From Deltaproteobacteria bacterium (GTDB lineage: Bacteria; Desulfobacterota; BSN033; UBA1163): a stretch of DNA of 56,619 nt. Both the position numbers and the translations under genes were made by a program. Below the pieces are notes generated by a model that searched no databases, was not told the origin of the DNA, and saw nothing but the letters and a program-made list of their open reading frames with translations. Positions within the stretch are counted from its first letter, which is position 1, and the number at the start of each line of letters is the position of its first letter. This document shows positions 15,552-25,336 of the stretch, piece after piece. Where the stretch lies: NCBI GenBank assembly GCA_037441765.1, contig JBBIRM010000004.1, positions 1 to 56,619 of the forward strand. The letters are read 5' to 3'.

Positions 15552-16826
15552 TTAGTCCCAATTTCTTTGATCGATTACTTTTTGACCTTCAGGTATAGTT
15601 CCTTGTGAAACAAATTCTATTCTATCCGGTCTTACCCTACAACTTTCCTGGATAGTTTTTTGTAAGGAATTTATCAATCCCTCTTGATCGATTTCTTCTC
15701 TTACTTCCATTCTGAGGATCCATTCATCACGGTACCCTGAACGGGATACTTGGATCTGAAACCTTGATATTGAAGGAAATCTTTGGATTACCTCTTCCAC
15801 TTGTTGGGGATGGATAAACATTCCTCTGACCTTTACGGCATCTCCAGCTCTACCTATAATCCGTGTAAGACGGTAAGATTTTCTTCCGCATGGGCAAGGC
15901 TCATCTGTATAGATGGAAAGATCTCCTGTGGCAAAACGAATCAATGGATATGTTTTATCAAAGAGGGTGACCACTACTTCACCAATCTCTCCTGGGCCTA
16001 AAGTCTTTCCTGTTGTCAAATCCACAAGTTCGATGATAAGACCGTTTGGGAAATGGAATCCGCACCTCGCCTCACATTCATAACCAAGAATTCCAAGAAG
16101 TGCTGAGCCATAGGTATCCATGACCTTGACCCTGTACTCTTCTTCCAAACATCTCCGCATCCTGGGTGGAAGTATTTCCGCACTACAAATGGCATATTGT
16201 AAAGAGAGGTCCCTACAAAACTGGAACCCCATTGCTTCAGATGTTTTGATTAACGTCATGAGAAAACTGGGGGTTCCCACATATCCTGTTACTTTTAAAT
16301 CTTTAATAATCCTTACCTGAAGATCGGTCAATCCTACCCCTGCAGGAATAACCGTAGCTCCTAATCGTCGAAGGGCTTCATCCACCCATAACCCCGCAGG
16401 GACCATGTGATAAGAAAAGGTATTGATTACCCTATCCCCCTTCCTGATCCCAGAGATAGATAATGCTTCCATAGCGGCTTTTGCAAAGTCTCTTATTCGA
16501 ATGGGTTCATAGAGGGGCCCGGGAGAGACAAAAATTCTCTCCAATTTTTCCATCGGAACCGTTAAAAATCCTCCAAAAGGAGGATTCTCTTTTTGGAGTA
16601 AAACCATCTCGCTCTGAGAAGTAATTGGGATTTTTCCCAGATCCTTCACCGTCTTTATTTCAGAAGGTTTCACCTTTGAATGGTCCATTTTTGCTCTGAA
16701 AGCAGGGGCATGTCGGTAAGCATATGAGATTATATCCACCAACTTTTTATCTAAATTTTTCTTATAAGCCCATTTCGGTTTGGATTTACCAGATTTCATT
16801 GGTTCTCTCTTTTTCACGATAGCCAC
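15552..16826 (-). CDS. phenylacetate-CoA ligase family (PaaK-like) adenylate-forming enzyme
   Basis: 424 aa of PaaK-like length and layout (SEMVLLQKENPPFGG, FATGD...C.CGR). GTG at 16826 or ATG at 16799 could be the start. Confidence 0.7.
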   Translation of the reverse strand: MAIVKKREPMKSGKSKPKWAYKKNLDKKLVDIISYAYRHAPAFRAKMDHSKVKPSEIKTVKDLGKIPITSQSEMVLLQKENPPFGGFLTVPMEKLERIFVSPGPLYEPIRIRDFAKAAMEALSISGIRKGDRVINTFSYHMVPAGLWVDEALRRLGATVIPAGVGLTDLQVRIIKDLKVTGYVGTPSFLMTLIKTSEAMGFQFCRDLSLQYAICSAEILPPRMRRCLEEEYRVKVMDTYGSALLGILGYECEARCGFHFPNGLIIELVDLTTGKTLGPGEIGEVVVTLFDKTYPLIRFATGDLSIYTDEPCPCGRKSYRLTRIIGRAGDAVKVRGMFIHPQQVEEVIQRFPSISRFQIQVSRSGYRDEWILRMEVREEIDQEGLINSLQKTIQESCRVRPDRIEFVSQGTIPEGQKVIDQRNWD

Positions 16827-17608
16827 CTTTTCCTTCTCCGATAATGTTTCACTTCTCTATAATTTTTCCTTTCCCCCAAATTGCTGAGTCCGAGATAAAA
16901 CTCTTTGATATCCTCATTCTCTTTCAATTTCTTCGAATACCCATCAAGGACAATCCGTCCGTTCTCCATGATATAGCCATAGTCAGATGTTGAGAGTGCA
17001 ATATTGGCATTCTGTTCTACAAGGAGAATCGATGTCTTCTCCTCTCTATTAATCTTTTTAATGATTTCAAATATCTCCTTTACTAAGATGGGGGAGAGGC
17101 CAAGAGAGGGCTCATCAAGAAGCATCATCTTGGGGTGGGACATGAGAGCCCGACCCATGACTAACATTTGCCTCTCTCCCCCTGAGAGATAACCACTCAC
17201 TTGGCCTCTCAAATCTTTAAGTCTTGGAAAATATCCATAGACCAATTCCATATCCCTTTTAATCGCTTCCTTATCTTTTCGCGCATAAGCTCCCACTCGG
17301 AGATTTTCTTCAACAGTAAGATGTTCAAACAATCGACGGCCTTCCATTACCTGAATAATTCCCATTTGCACAATCTCTTCTGGTGCTTTTCCATCAATCC
17401 TCACCCCTTCAAATTCAATACTTCCATCTGTGACTTCCCCCAACTCTGTATATAGGACTCCTGAAATGGCTTTAAGAGTCGTTGTCTTTCCGGCACCATT
17501 AGCGCCAAGTAAGGATATGATCCTTCCTTCTGGAACCTCAAGCGAGACACTTTTAAGGACTAGAATCACTTCGCTGTAGATAACCTCAATATTATTGAGC
17601 CGAAGCAT
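16814..17608 (-). CDS. branched-chain/hydrophobic amino-acid-type ABC transporter ATPase (LivF family)
   Basis: Walker A GANGAGKTT, signature LSGGE and Walker B LLDEPS, with a basic C-terminal tail. Confidence 0.85.
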   Translation of the reverse strand: MLRLNNIEVIYSEVILVLKSVSLEVPEGRIISLLGANGAGKTTTLKAISGVLYTELGEVTDGSIEFEGVRIDGKAPEEIVQMGIIQVMEGRRLFEHLTVEENLRVGAYARKDKEAIKRDMELVYGYFPRLKDLRGQVSGYLSGGERQMLVMGRALMSHPKMMLLDEPSLGLSPILVKEIFEIIKKINREEKTSILLVEQNANIALSTSDYGYIMENGRIVLDGYSKKLKENEDIKEFYLGLSNLGERKNYREVKHYRRRKRWLS

Positions 17609-17785
17609 GGATTAACTATTCTCTTTTAAGTTTTCACTTCCTTGAAAGTTAGGGGGACATTCCTCCACTTAACTCATAGTTAGTAGTTTTACCCAAGACA
17701 ATAAAGGGATACAAAATGTTCAATATATAAATTTTCTAAATTCTTTTGTCTGGGAAATGGGTCATTTAAGATTATTTTGAATCTT

Positions 17786-18280
17786 TTATCTTTTTACGGG
17801 TGCTATAAACTCCAGAGTAGTAGTGGCCTCTGCTCCTGAATCCGAACCACTTGCCTTTATCTTATAGACTCCCGGAGGAATTGGATTGAGTGTTTTTGGA
17901 TCAGGAGCTAATATGGGAGTCCACCCTACACGAAAGATCGTATTCAATTTTGCTGTGGGTGGAACTTCGGCTTTGAAATTGCCTGCCTCATCAGCCAGTC
18001 CAAATGCGATTCCAACATCCTCTCCTGGTTTCACCCCTTTCATTTCAACCCCAGATGGAAGAACAAGATCGATAACGACCATCTCTTTAGGTGCCCATCC
18101 TGTTCCAGTGAATATAATAGGAACTTTCAAGATGTCTGGAAATTTCAATTCTACCTTCTGGGGCGTAACTGCCACTGTCACATTGGGTTTAGGTGGAGGA
18201 AATAGAACACTACAATTTGGAAAAGATATTACAAATAGAAAAAGACCGAACCCAACCAGTAATTTCCTATAGGAATTCAT
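17786..18280 (-). CDS. secreted hypothetical protein (beta-sandwich/Ig-like by composition)
   Basis: N-terminal hydrophobic signal and a Pro/Val/Thr-rich mature part. It is embedded in the ABC operon. Confidence 0.5.
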   Translation of the reverse strand: MNSYRKLLVGFGLFLFVISFPNCSVLFPPPKPNVTVAVTPQKVELKFPDILKVPIIFTGTGWAPKEMVVIDLVLPSGVEMKGVKPGEDVGIAFGLADEAGNFKAEVPPTAKLNTIFRVGWTPILAPDPKTLNPIPPGVYKIKASGSDSGAEATTTLEFIAPVKR

Positions 18281-18300
18281 GGGCTTTCCCTCCTTTCATT

Positions 18301-19509
18301 TTAAAATTTATGAAGGGATACGGCATCTGGGACCTTTATCCACTCAGATATAGGTATAACATTTCCTGATCGGACCTGATAAAATTTGACCTCCAGACTT
18401 CCCCTTCGTGAGGTGGGACTATAGGCACAGGGACCCTGAAGCCCAGCCCGCTCCACACCTGTAAGTTTCTGGTAGGTTTGATAAATGACCTCTCCATCAA
18501 GTTTTCGGTACCCCACTTCTCTTAGAGCTATCCTTAATGCAGCTTCAAAAGTCATTGCCCAGGACATACCAATTGTATAGACCTCATTCATATCTTCAAG
18601 TTTTCCTCGCCCGTACTTAGTCCAGAGCTTTGCAAGAGGATGTTTTCTGGCCTCCTCCCCGCGTAGATAGTATGAAACGATCACCACTCCTTCCAGGGCC
18701 TCTGGATGGAGCCTTGTTCCGAGAGAGGTGGGTCCCCAGTAATCACAAATGAATTGGATGGTTTTTGTTAGGCCCAATTTATGAGCGTCTCTGATCACAT
18801 TGGTAGGAGTAGGGTCTACCCCACCCACAAAAATGTAGTTTACCTCTGCTTTGGCCAATCGAGTGAGATAAACCGAGTGGTCAAGCGATCCTGGAGGGAA
18901 GAATTCTGGCGGAGCTAACGTCACTTGCATCTTCTCTGCATACTCTTTACCTCCCCGGAGAAATTCTTTTCCATAAGGGTTATCCCAGGATATGTATCCC
19001 ACTTTAGGCATCCCTGGTTTCCCCTTCCTCTTCCAGTCCGAAATAATCCAGTCGATCGTTGCGGCAAAGGAATCCTGATATGCAGGCCCCCATATGAAGA
19101 CCCTGCCCAAATGGGCCTGAAATTCTCCGTCCCCTGGCACAAGAGTAATTAATTTATCTTTGGCTACCAAAGGAGCAACGGCTTTACCAATCGGTGTACC
19201 AATCGCATTGACCACTAAGAGTTTTAGCTCCGTCCTATATCTTTTATAAGCAGAGACTCCTCTGGCGACATCATATCTAGTATCGACCCCAATGAATTTT
19301 ATCTTAACTCCATCCACACCCCCTCTTGCATTTAAATCTTTGATGTAATCTTCGCAACCCATATCCGCAGGCACATTTAAGCCAGCAATGGCTGCGGTAT
19401 AATCGGCCAAGCTCAAATAGGTGACAAACTTCTCTGCCCCTTCGCTTTTAAGACTCCCCATCATTAAAATTAAGGCAATAACGATGACTCCACATAAACA
19501 CCTTTTCAT
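18301..19509 (-). CDS. LivK-family periplasmic substrate-binding protein
   Basis: Type-I PBP of Leu/Ile/Val-binding family size with a signal peptide MKRCLCGVIVIALILMMG. The ATG at 19509 has an AAGGAGGG RBS. The ORF track extends to 19551. Confidence 0.8.
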   Translation of the reverse strand: MKRCLCGVIVIALILMMGSLKSEGAEKFVTYLSLADYTAAIAGLNVPADMGCEDYIKDLNARGGVDGVKIKFIGVDTRYDVARGVSAYKRYRTELKLLVVNAIGTPIGKAVAPLVAKDKLITLVPGDGEFQAHLGRVFIWGPAYQDSFAATIDWIISDWKRKGKPGMPKVGYISWDNPYGKEFLRGGKEYAEKMQVTLAPPEFFPPGSLDHSVYLTRLAKAEVNYIFVGGVDPTPTNVIRDAHKLGLTKTIQFICDYWGPTSLGTRLHPEALEGVVIVSYYLRGEEARKHPLAKLWTKYGRGKLEDMNEVYTIGMSWAMTFEAALRIALREVGYRKLDGEVIYQTYQKLTGVERAGLQGPCAYSPTSRRGSLEVKFYQVRSGNVIPISEWIKVPDAVSLHKF

Positions 19510-19611
19510 ATTGAGTCCCTCCTTTCGCTTAATATAATGGTTTTTTATCATTTGATTATCTCCTCACCTCCTTTTCTTTTTTTTCAACTACATTTAAAGT
19601 GGCCAATGGGT

Positions 19612-20664
19612 TTAATGTGAAAATGGGTAAAGCCGATAAGAGGCTTTAAAAATTTCCCATCTATGGGCAAGTCCTCTCGGCTCAAAGATTAAAAAGAGAA
19701 TCAGAACAATACCAAAGACAGAGACGCTCATTGATGCTGCGGGGTGGATCCCAATCCAAGGAAAAATTGAAGCCATCCATGGAGCTACGATCATCACCCC
19801 TTCATCTAAGAGTCGGAGAAAAAGCACACCAAAAAAGACCCCAGGAATGCTTCCCCCGCCTCCTATGATGAGCATTCCGATATAATTTAAGGCATGAAGC
19901 AAAGTAAACTGTTCGGGATGAACCATCTGAATCCAATGGGCCCATAGAGAGCCCGCAATCCCTGCATAGAAACAGGAAAGGAAGAAGGCGAGCAGTTTAT
20001 AACGGTAAAGTTCAATTCCCATCACCTCTGCGGCAAGGTCATTGTCGCGGATAGCAACAAAAGCTCGGCCTACACGGGTCCTGACCATATTTCTTGCCCC
20101 ATAGGTCATCATTAGCATCACTGTGATAATGATATAGTAAATTTTCTCATCACTATCGAATTCAAATCCTGCGATTTTAGGGGGAGGGGGGTGAAGCCCC
20201 TGCGTTGTTCCTGTAATCTGGAGGTGAAGGATCAGCCACATCACTACAAAATGGATAGCAATCGTGGCCATAGCAAGATAAAACCCTTTAATACGGAGTG
20301 AGGGGGCACCTCCTCCTAAACCGATCATGCCTGCTGAAATCCCTGAAATTGGAAGGGCCACAAAAAAGGTTAACCCAAATTTCCCAGTGAGAATCGCCGA
20401 GGTATAAGCGCCAATGGCCATAAAAGCGGCTTGCCCAAAGGAGATCTGACCACAATACCCACTGACTAGTTGGAGACCAAGAACCACAATGATTATAATG
20501 CTTAGGTGATTAATTAAACTAATAAAGTAGTAAGATCCATAAAGAGGGAAGGTATAGAGAAAGATCAATGTTGAGATTAAGAGTCCCCAATGCCTCTTAA
20601 TCCTTAGAATTGCCATATCCTGAGTATAACGCTCATCAAAGGTTCCACAAGGACGCATATTCAA
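19612..20664 (-). CDS. LivM-family ABC permease
   Basis: 350 aa, polytopic, Liv-type permease 2. Confidence 0.8.
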   Translation of the reverse strand: MNMRPCGTFDERYTQDMAILRIKRHWGLLISTLIFLYTFPLYGSYYFISLINHLSIIIIVVLGLQLVSGYCGQISFGQAAFMAIGAYTSAILTGKFGLTFFVALPISGISAGMIGLGGGAPSLRIKGFYLAMATIAIHFVVMWLILHLQITGTTQGLHPPPPKIAGFEFDSDEKIYYIIITVMLMMTYGARNMVRTRVGRAFVAIRDNDLAAEVMGIELYRYKLLAFFLSCFYAGIAGSLWAHWIQMVHPEQFTLLHALNYIGMLIIGGGGSIPGVFFGVLFLRLLDEGVMIVAPWMASIFPWIGIHPAASMSVSVFGIVLILFLIFEPRGLAHRWEIFKASYRLYPFSH

Positions 20665-20686
20665 CCCTTAAAGGAAATACGAATTT

Positions 20687-21571
20687 TTATACCCTTTCAA
20701 TTCTCTTTAATCCAAAAAGGCCATAAGGCCTTATTAGTAAGATAATGAGAAGTAGGACGTAAGCCGCAACATCCTTAAGTCCTCCCCCTACCATAGGGTC
20801 CAGATAACCTGCGGAGATGTTTTCCAACAGCCCCAAGAGAAGTCCCGCCAAAAGTGCACCGGGTAAAGAATCAAGCCCGCCAAAAATGGCAACGATCAAT
20901 CCTTTAATCCCAATATAGGGGAGAGGAAAATGAATATCCATCACATAGGCAGTTCCCATCCCAGCGACGGCGGCAACTATGGCCGAAATGATCCAGATGA
21001 GAGAGAAGATTGTTCTTACATTAATTCCTGTGCTCTGGGAAAGCTGGTGATCCTCTGCAGTTGCACGCATCCCAAGTCCTGTTTTGGTGAATCGAAAAAA
21101 AAGGGCCAAGAGAAGAAAGACCACAAAGACGACAAAAAAACTTATGATTTGAACGATGGGGATCGGAATCCCCTCCAATTGGAACTCCCCAAGGGATAAA
21201 AGAGGGGCATAGGTTTTTGATTCGCCTTTCAAAATAAGTTGAAATATACCGTCCAGAGTCATGAAGATAGCAAAGGTCATTAAGAAAGCAGAGATCAATG
21301 GCTGACCAATGAGGGGACGAAGCATGATCCGCTCCACAAGCCAACCTATCAAGGTAGAACAGGCAAGCGCCATTATGACACTTAAATACATAGGGAGACT
21401 CAGGGGGACAAGACCTATCCAGAAGAAGAGAGCGCCAAAGGCAAGAAGTTGTCCATGGGCTAAACTGACAACCCGAGTGGATTTGTAAACCAGAACAATC
21501 GCTGCTGCCACTAAAGCGTAGAGACTGCCTATCATCACTCCTGGAATGGCAAGTTGGAGAAGTTCTTTCAT
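20687..21571 (-). CDS. LivH-family ABC permease
   Basis: 294 aa, polytopic, Liv-type permease 1. It overlaps the upstream ligase stop by 4 nt. Confidence 0.8.
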   Translation of the reverse strand: MKELLQLAIPGVMIGSLYALVAAAIVLVYKSTRVVSLAHGQLLAFGALFFWIGLVPLSLPMYLSVIMALACSTLIGWLVERIMLRPLIGQPLISAFLMTFAIFMTLDGIFQLILKGESKTYAPLLSLGEFQLEGIPIPIVQIISFFVVFVVFLLLALFFRFTKTGLGMRATAEDHQLSQSTGINVRTIFSLIWIISAIVAAVAGMGTAYVMDIHFPLPYIGIKGLIVAIFGGLDSLPGALLAGLLLGLLENISAGYLDPMVGGGLKDVAAYVLLLIILLIRPYGLFGLKRIERV

Positions 21572-23532
21572 GGCATCACCTCCACAGGAGTAATGTGAAT
21601 CGATGTCTGGATAACTCCTTTCCTTCCATCCCGATAGGTTACGGAAGCCTCTACCTGATATTCCTGTTCTTTCCCATAGAGCGCCATGATCAAATCGCTA
21701 TAACGACTTTCAACGAAGGCCCTTCGTAATTTTCTAGTTCGTGTTAGTTCCGCTTCATCGGCATCAAATTCCTTATGGAGGTTAACAAATTTTTTAATCC
21801 TCGACCATTCTGGGAGAACCTTATTAATCCGTTGAATATCATTTTTGATTAATTCTATTATTTCAGGTTTCTGGGAGAGGTCTGTGAAAGTGGTATAGGG
21901 AATGCGTCTAGCCTCGGCCCATCTGCCCACATTCTCAAGATCAATATTGATGATGGCTGTCACATAGTCCTTATCCTCACCTCCTACCACCAAGGCATCC
22001 TTAATATAGGGGGAGTATCTTAAACGGACTTCGATAAACTGGGGTGAAAATTTTCTGCCCCCTTTTAATTCCTTTAAGTCTTCCATACGATCAATCACAA
22101 TGAGGTGGTTATCACTGTCGATGTAGCCAAAATCTCCTGTATAATACCATCCGTCACGGATCTTTTCCTTTGTGGCTTCGAGATTTTTATAATATCCTGA
22201 GAAGATATTCTCCCCCTTCACTAAGATCTCCCCCTCGGCGGAGAGACGAACTTCCACCCCTGGCAAAGGAGGACCACAGGTCTCGTATTTAATTCCACCA
22301 TCCCGATGAATCGTCACAAGTCCTTGTTCGGAGCCTCCATAGAGTTGTTTAATATTCACACCGATTGCCTGAAAATAGTTAAGGATATCTGGACTGACCG
22401 CACTCCCAGCGGTATAAGCGCATCTAATTTTAGAAAGCCCAACCCTGTCTTTAAGGGGACGGAAGAGAATCCAATGAGCGATCTTGTAAAGAATTTTAAA
22501 AACAGATTTAAACTTTTTTTTTGTGAACTGACGTTTGGTGGTTTCATACCCGATGGGTAAGAAGAGATAATAGATCCATCTCCTCAAGGCTGATGTATCC
22601 GTGATTTTAGCCTGGATCATTCGATTTATATTTTCCCAAAGACGGGGAGCGAAGAAAAGAATGGATGGTCCAATTTCCCTGATATTTTCCTGGACTGTTT
22701 CAGGTTCTTCGGGGAAGTTCACCTCCATGCCCGAGACTAATTGTCCTGTGACTCCGACCGCTTGTTCAGCAATCCAACCAGGGGGGATGAAAGAGACATA
22801 GCGGTCGCGGTCCGACCAATGATCAACATCTCTCCAGGCCTTTGCAATAGCCACCAATCCTTTATGGCTGATCATTGCCCCTTTAGGTAATCCCGTAGTT
22901 CCTGAGGTATAGCAGATCAGTGCAATCTCCTCTCCTCTTCCTTTTTCAACCATCTCTTCAAAAAGACCTGGATGAATCCTCTCATAGGATTGACCCAATT
23001 GGATTACTTCCTGAAAACTTATAAGGATGGGTTCTTCATAATTCCACAACCCTTTAGGATCCCAATAAATCACCTTCTTCACCTTTGGAAGATTCTCTTT
23101 GATTTGAAGAATTTTATCCACCTGCTCTTGGTCGTGAGCTATAACAAAGGTGGAATCCGAATCTTTAACATAAAATTCGACTTCAGGGGGTGTACAGTCT
23201 GTAAAAATCCCCACCATGGTACCCCCCGCTGACTGGACAGCTAATTCAGCCCAGAAAATTTCAGGTTTATTCTCCCCGATTATTGCGACCTTCTCCCCCC
23301 TACTCATCCCAAGGGAGATAAGACCGAGAGAAAAAAATTTTACTCTTTCATAATAATCCTTCCAGGTAAAGGGTTGCCAGATGCCCCGATCCTTAACCCT
23401 CATGGCAACCTTTCGATTTCCATATTTCTCTAAATTACTTTTCAGAAGCTTCGGCAATGTGTCTTCTTTCAGTAAAGACTTAGTTTCTTTCAAAATCAAC
23501 CCCGAATGATTAATTTGGCCGGTCCCTTCCAT
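21568..23532 (-). CDS. AMP-dependent synthetase/ligase (long-chain acyl-CoA synthetase-like) embedded in the ABC operon
   Basis: AMP-binding motif YTSGTTGLPKGA and a later TGD motif. 654 aa. Confidence 0.85.
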   Translation of the reverse strand: MEGTGQINHSGLILKETKSLLKEDTLPKLLKSNLEKYGNRKVAMRVKDRGIWQPFTWKDYYERVKFFSLGLISLGMSRGEKVAIIGENKPEIFWAELAVQSAGGTMVGIFTDCTPPEVEFYVKDSDSTFVIAHDQEQVDKILQIKENLPKVKKVIYWDPKGLWNYEEPILISFQEVIQLGQSYERIHPGLFEEMVEKGRGEEIALICYTSGTTGLPKGAMISHKGLVAIAKAWRDVDHWSDRDRYVSFIPPGWIAEQAVGVTGQLVSGMEVNFPEEPETVQENIREIGPSILFFAPRLWENINRMIQAKITDTSALRRWIYYLFLPIGYETTKRQFTKKKFKSVFKILYKIAHWILFRPLKDRVGLSKIRCAYTAGSAVSPDILNYFQAIGVNIKQLYGGSEQGLVTIHRDGGIKYETCGPPLPGVEVRLSAEGEILVKGENIFSGYYKNLEATKEKIRDGWYYTGDFGYIDSDNHLIVIDRMEDLKELKGGRKFSPQFIEVRLRYSPYIKDALVVGGEDKDYVTAIINIDLENVGRWAEARRIPYTTFTDLSQKPEIIELIKNDIQRINKVLPEWSRIKKFVNLHKEFDADEAELTRTRKLRRAFVESRYSDLIMALYGKEQEYQVEASVTYRDGRKGVIQTSIHITPVEVMP

Positions 23533-23557
23533 AATGATAAAAAGGAGTTGTTTTTAT

Positions 23558-24340
23558 TTATGCCTCTTCCTCACCGAGGTATGCTCCGATCACAAGTGGA
23601 TTCTGTTGAATTTCGTCAGGACTGCCCTCCGCAATCTTTTTCCCAAAGTCCAGTACCACCAGCCTCTCTGTAATATCCATTACGACCTCCATATCATGCT
23701 CCACCAGGACAATAGAAATCCTCTTGAGTTCATGGATATCCAAAATGAATCGAGCCATATCCTCTTTTTCCTCGATGTTCATACCAGCCATCGGTTCATC
23801 AAGGAGAAGAAGTTTAGGTTCGATGGCGAGAGCCCTTCCCAGCTCGACTCGTTTCCTTATGCCATATGGGAGAAGTCTTACTACCTTCTTTCGATACGGT
23901 TGCATTTCCAAAAGGTCGATGATCTCCTCCACTACCTCTCGATGTCTGATTTCTTCTCTGCGAGCAAAACCGAAGTAAAGGGCACCAGCCAATGTCCCAT
24001 GCTTCATATGGATATGCCTGGCTGCCATTAAGTTATCAAGAACAGAAAGCCCTGTAAAGAGTTCTATATTTTGGAAGGTTCGTCCAATCCCCAGACGTGC
24101 AATTTGGTATGGGGGGAGATCATTAATAGTCTTACCTTCAAAGAATATTTCACCCGTTTGAGGACGATATAATCCGTTGATACAATTAAGGACGCTTGTT
24201 TTCCCGGCCCCATTTGGTCCAATGATAGCCATTAACTCCCCATCTTTGACATCGAAACTAACTCCCGAGAGGGCAGAAACTCCCCCAAAGTTTAGTTTCA
24301 CTTCTTTTACTTTCAGTTTAACTGTATTTGAATCGTTCAT
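23558..24340 (-). CDS. LivG-family ABC transporter ATPase
   Basis: Walker A GPNGAGKTS, Walker B LLLDEP and the LivG-type insertion. Confidence 0.85.
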   Translation of the reverse strand: MNDSNTVKLKVKEVKLNFGGVSALSGVSFDVKDGELMAIIGPNGAGKTSVLNCINGLYRPQTGEIFFEGKTINDLPPYQIARLGIGRTFQNIELFTGLSVLDNLMAARHIHMKHGTLAGALYFGFARREEIRHREVVEEIIDLLEMQPYRKKVVRLLPYGIRKRVELGRALAIEPKLLLLDEPMAGMNIEEKEDMARFILDIHELKRISIVLVEHDMEVVMDITERLVVLDFGKKIAEGSPDEIQQNPLVIGAYLGEEEA

Positions 24341-24591
24341 TCTAATAGATAAAATAATTCAAAATAATTTTCTAACTTTCAAATTCCTTGAATTTGATTA
24401 ATTAGGTTACGAATATGATTTCTTAATATATCTCTTCTAAAAAGAAGTCAAGATGTCCGAAAAAATTCTCCGATTTAAGCTGAGTTTCCTTAATCTTCCT
24501 TAAATTGCTTCAGTGACTCCCCCAGATATAGAGGTCAAGATCGTCGATGCATAAAAGGGTGATACCCCATTACCTCTACCTCAGATCAATT

Positions 24592-24777
24592 CTATTCGGC
24601 ATCGATGGTCTTGAAACGTATTCTCATACTTTTCTTTTCGGGTATCTCTCCGCATGATATCTCCAGGGAAGCATCTGCATTTTTCCCTTTTATCTTAACA
24701 GAGAGTACCCCTCCTTGGTAAATGTGCACTATCTCCTCCTTGGAGAGAGAAATCTTGGCTATTAGTTCTTTTGACAT
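24592..24777 (-). CDS. small hypothetical protein (possibly amphi-Trp-domain-like)
   Basis: 61 aa with a pattern of a helix followed by beta strands (GGVLSVKIKGKNADASLEI...MRIRFK). Weak recognition only. Confidence 0.3.
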   Translation of the reverse strand: MSKELIAKISLSKEEIVHIYQGGVLSVKIKGKNADASLEISCGEIPEKKSMRIRFKTIDAE

Positions 24778-24931
24778 AAAATCTTTCTCCCCTTTGTTAA
24801 TCGATAAAAAATTATATGGCTATTATTATTTAAATTCAACTAATTATGTTCTATTTTCAATAATAGAGGTAGAAAAGAACCTTAAAATTCATTTTTTCCC
24901 TGGTAAAAAAGATTTTCTTAAGTAAAGGGCT

Positions 24932-24990
24932 TCTAAGGGTTCCGCCATAAGATTTTCTCCGACATCCCTACCCGATTCCCCAGATGAGTG
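24932..24990. repeat. 59-bp repeat, copy B (inverted relative to 13073-13131)
   Basis: See 13073-13131; 56/59 identity as a reverse complement. Confidence 0.85.
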
Positions 24991-25171
24991 ATGGGTTACT
25001 TTTAAGGAAAACTCTAACAGGATAAAACTTGCCGTATTCCTTGAAGATAGTCTTTCTTTCATTCTCTCTGGCTGTTACTTGTTAAATGATATAACATTTA
25101 GGAAAACTCTATTCTCAGCAGGCGGCCCATAAGCTAAGGAGAGCAAAATAAAATTATTACATATTGCAATA

Positions 25172-25247
25172 TGGTGGTCCCAACGGGATTCGAACCCGTG
25201 TTACCGACGTGAGAGGCCGGTGTCCTGGGCCACTAGACGATGGGACC
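25172..25247 (-). tRNA. tRNA-Glu (anticodon CUC), CCA encoded
   Basis: The reverse complement GGTCCCATCGTCTAGTGGCCCAGGACACCGGCCTCTCACGTCGGTAACACGGGTTCGAATCCCGTTGGGACCACCA folds as a cloverleaf. Acceptor stem GGTCCCA/TGGGACC, anticodon stem CCGGC/GTCGG, loop CTCTCAC, T-loop TTCGAAT. Confidence 0.93.
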
Positions 25248-25336
25248 CTCTGATAATCTTTTTTTGATTCTTTAGGCTTGATTATTCCAACTTCGAGTTC
25301 AAATTAACCCACAACCCTTTAAAAATCAAGAAAAAA

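Noticed and set aside
23534-24031. A 165-aa + strand ORF and other ORFs overlapping the livG-like gene and the CoA-ligase gene.
   Set aside because: They are antisense to genes with clear Walker/AMP-binding motifs and have no recognisable motifs of their own.
12980-25159. An integrase, excisionase or transposase gene inside the tRNA-flanked segment.
   Set aside because: I looked through all ORFs of 60 aa or more in this interval. Every substantial ORF is accounted for by transport or CoA-metabolism genes or by antisense shadows, and no R..H..R..Y or DDE-type protein is present. The island is therefore reported as non-autonomous or relic, not as an active element.
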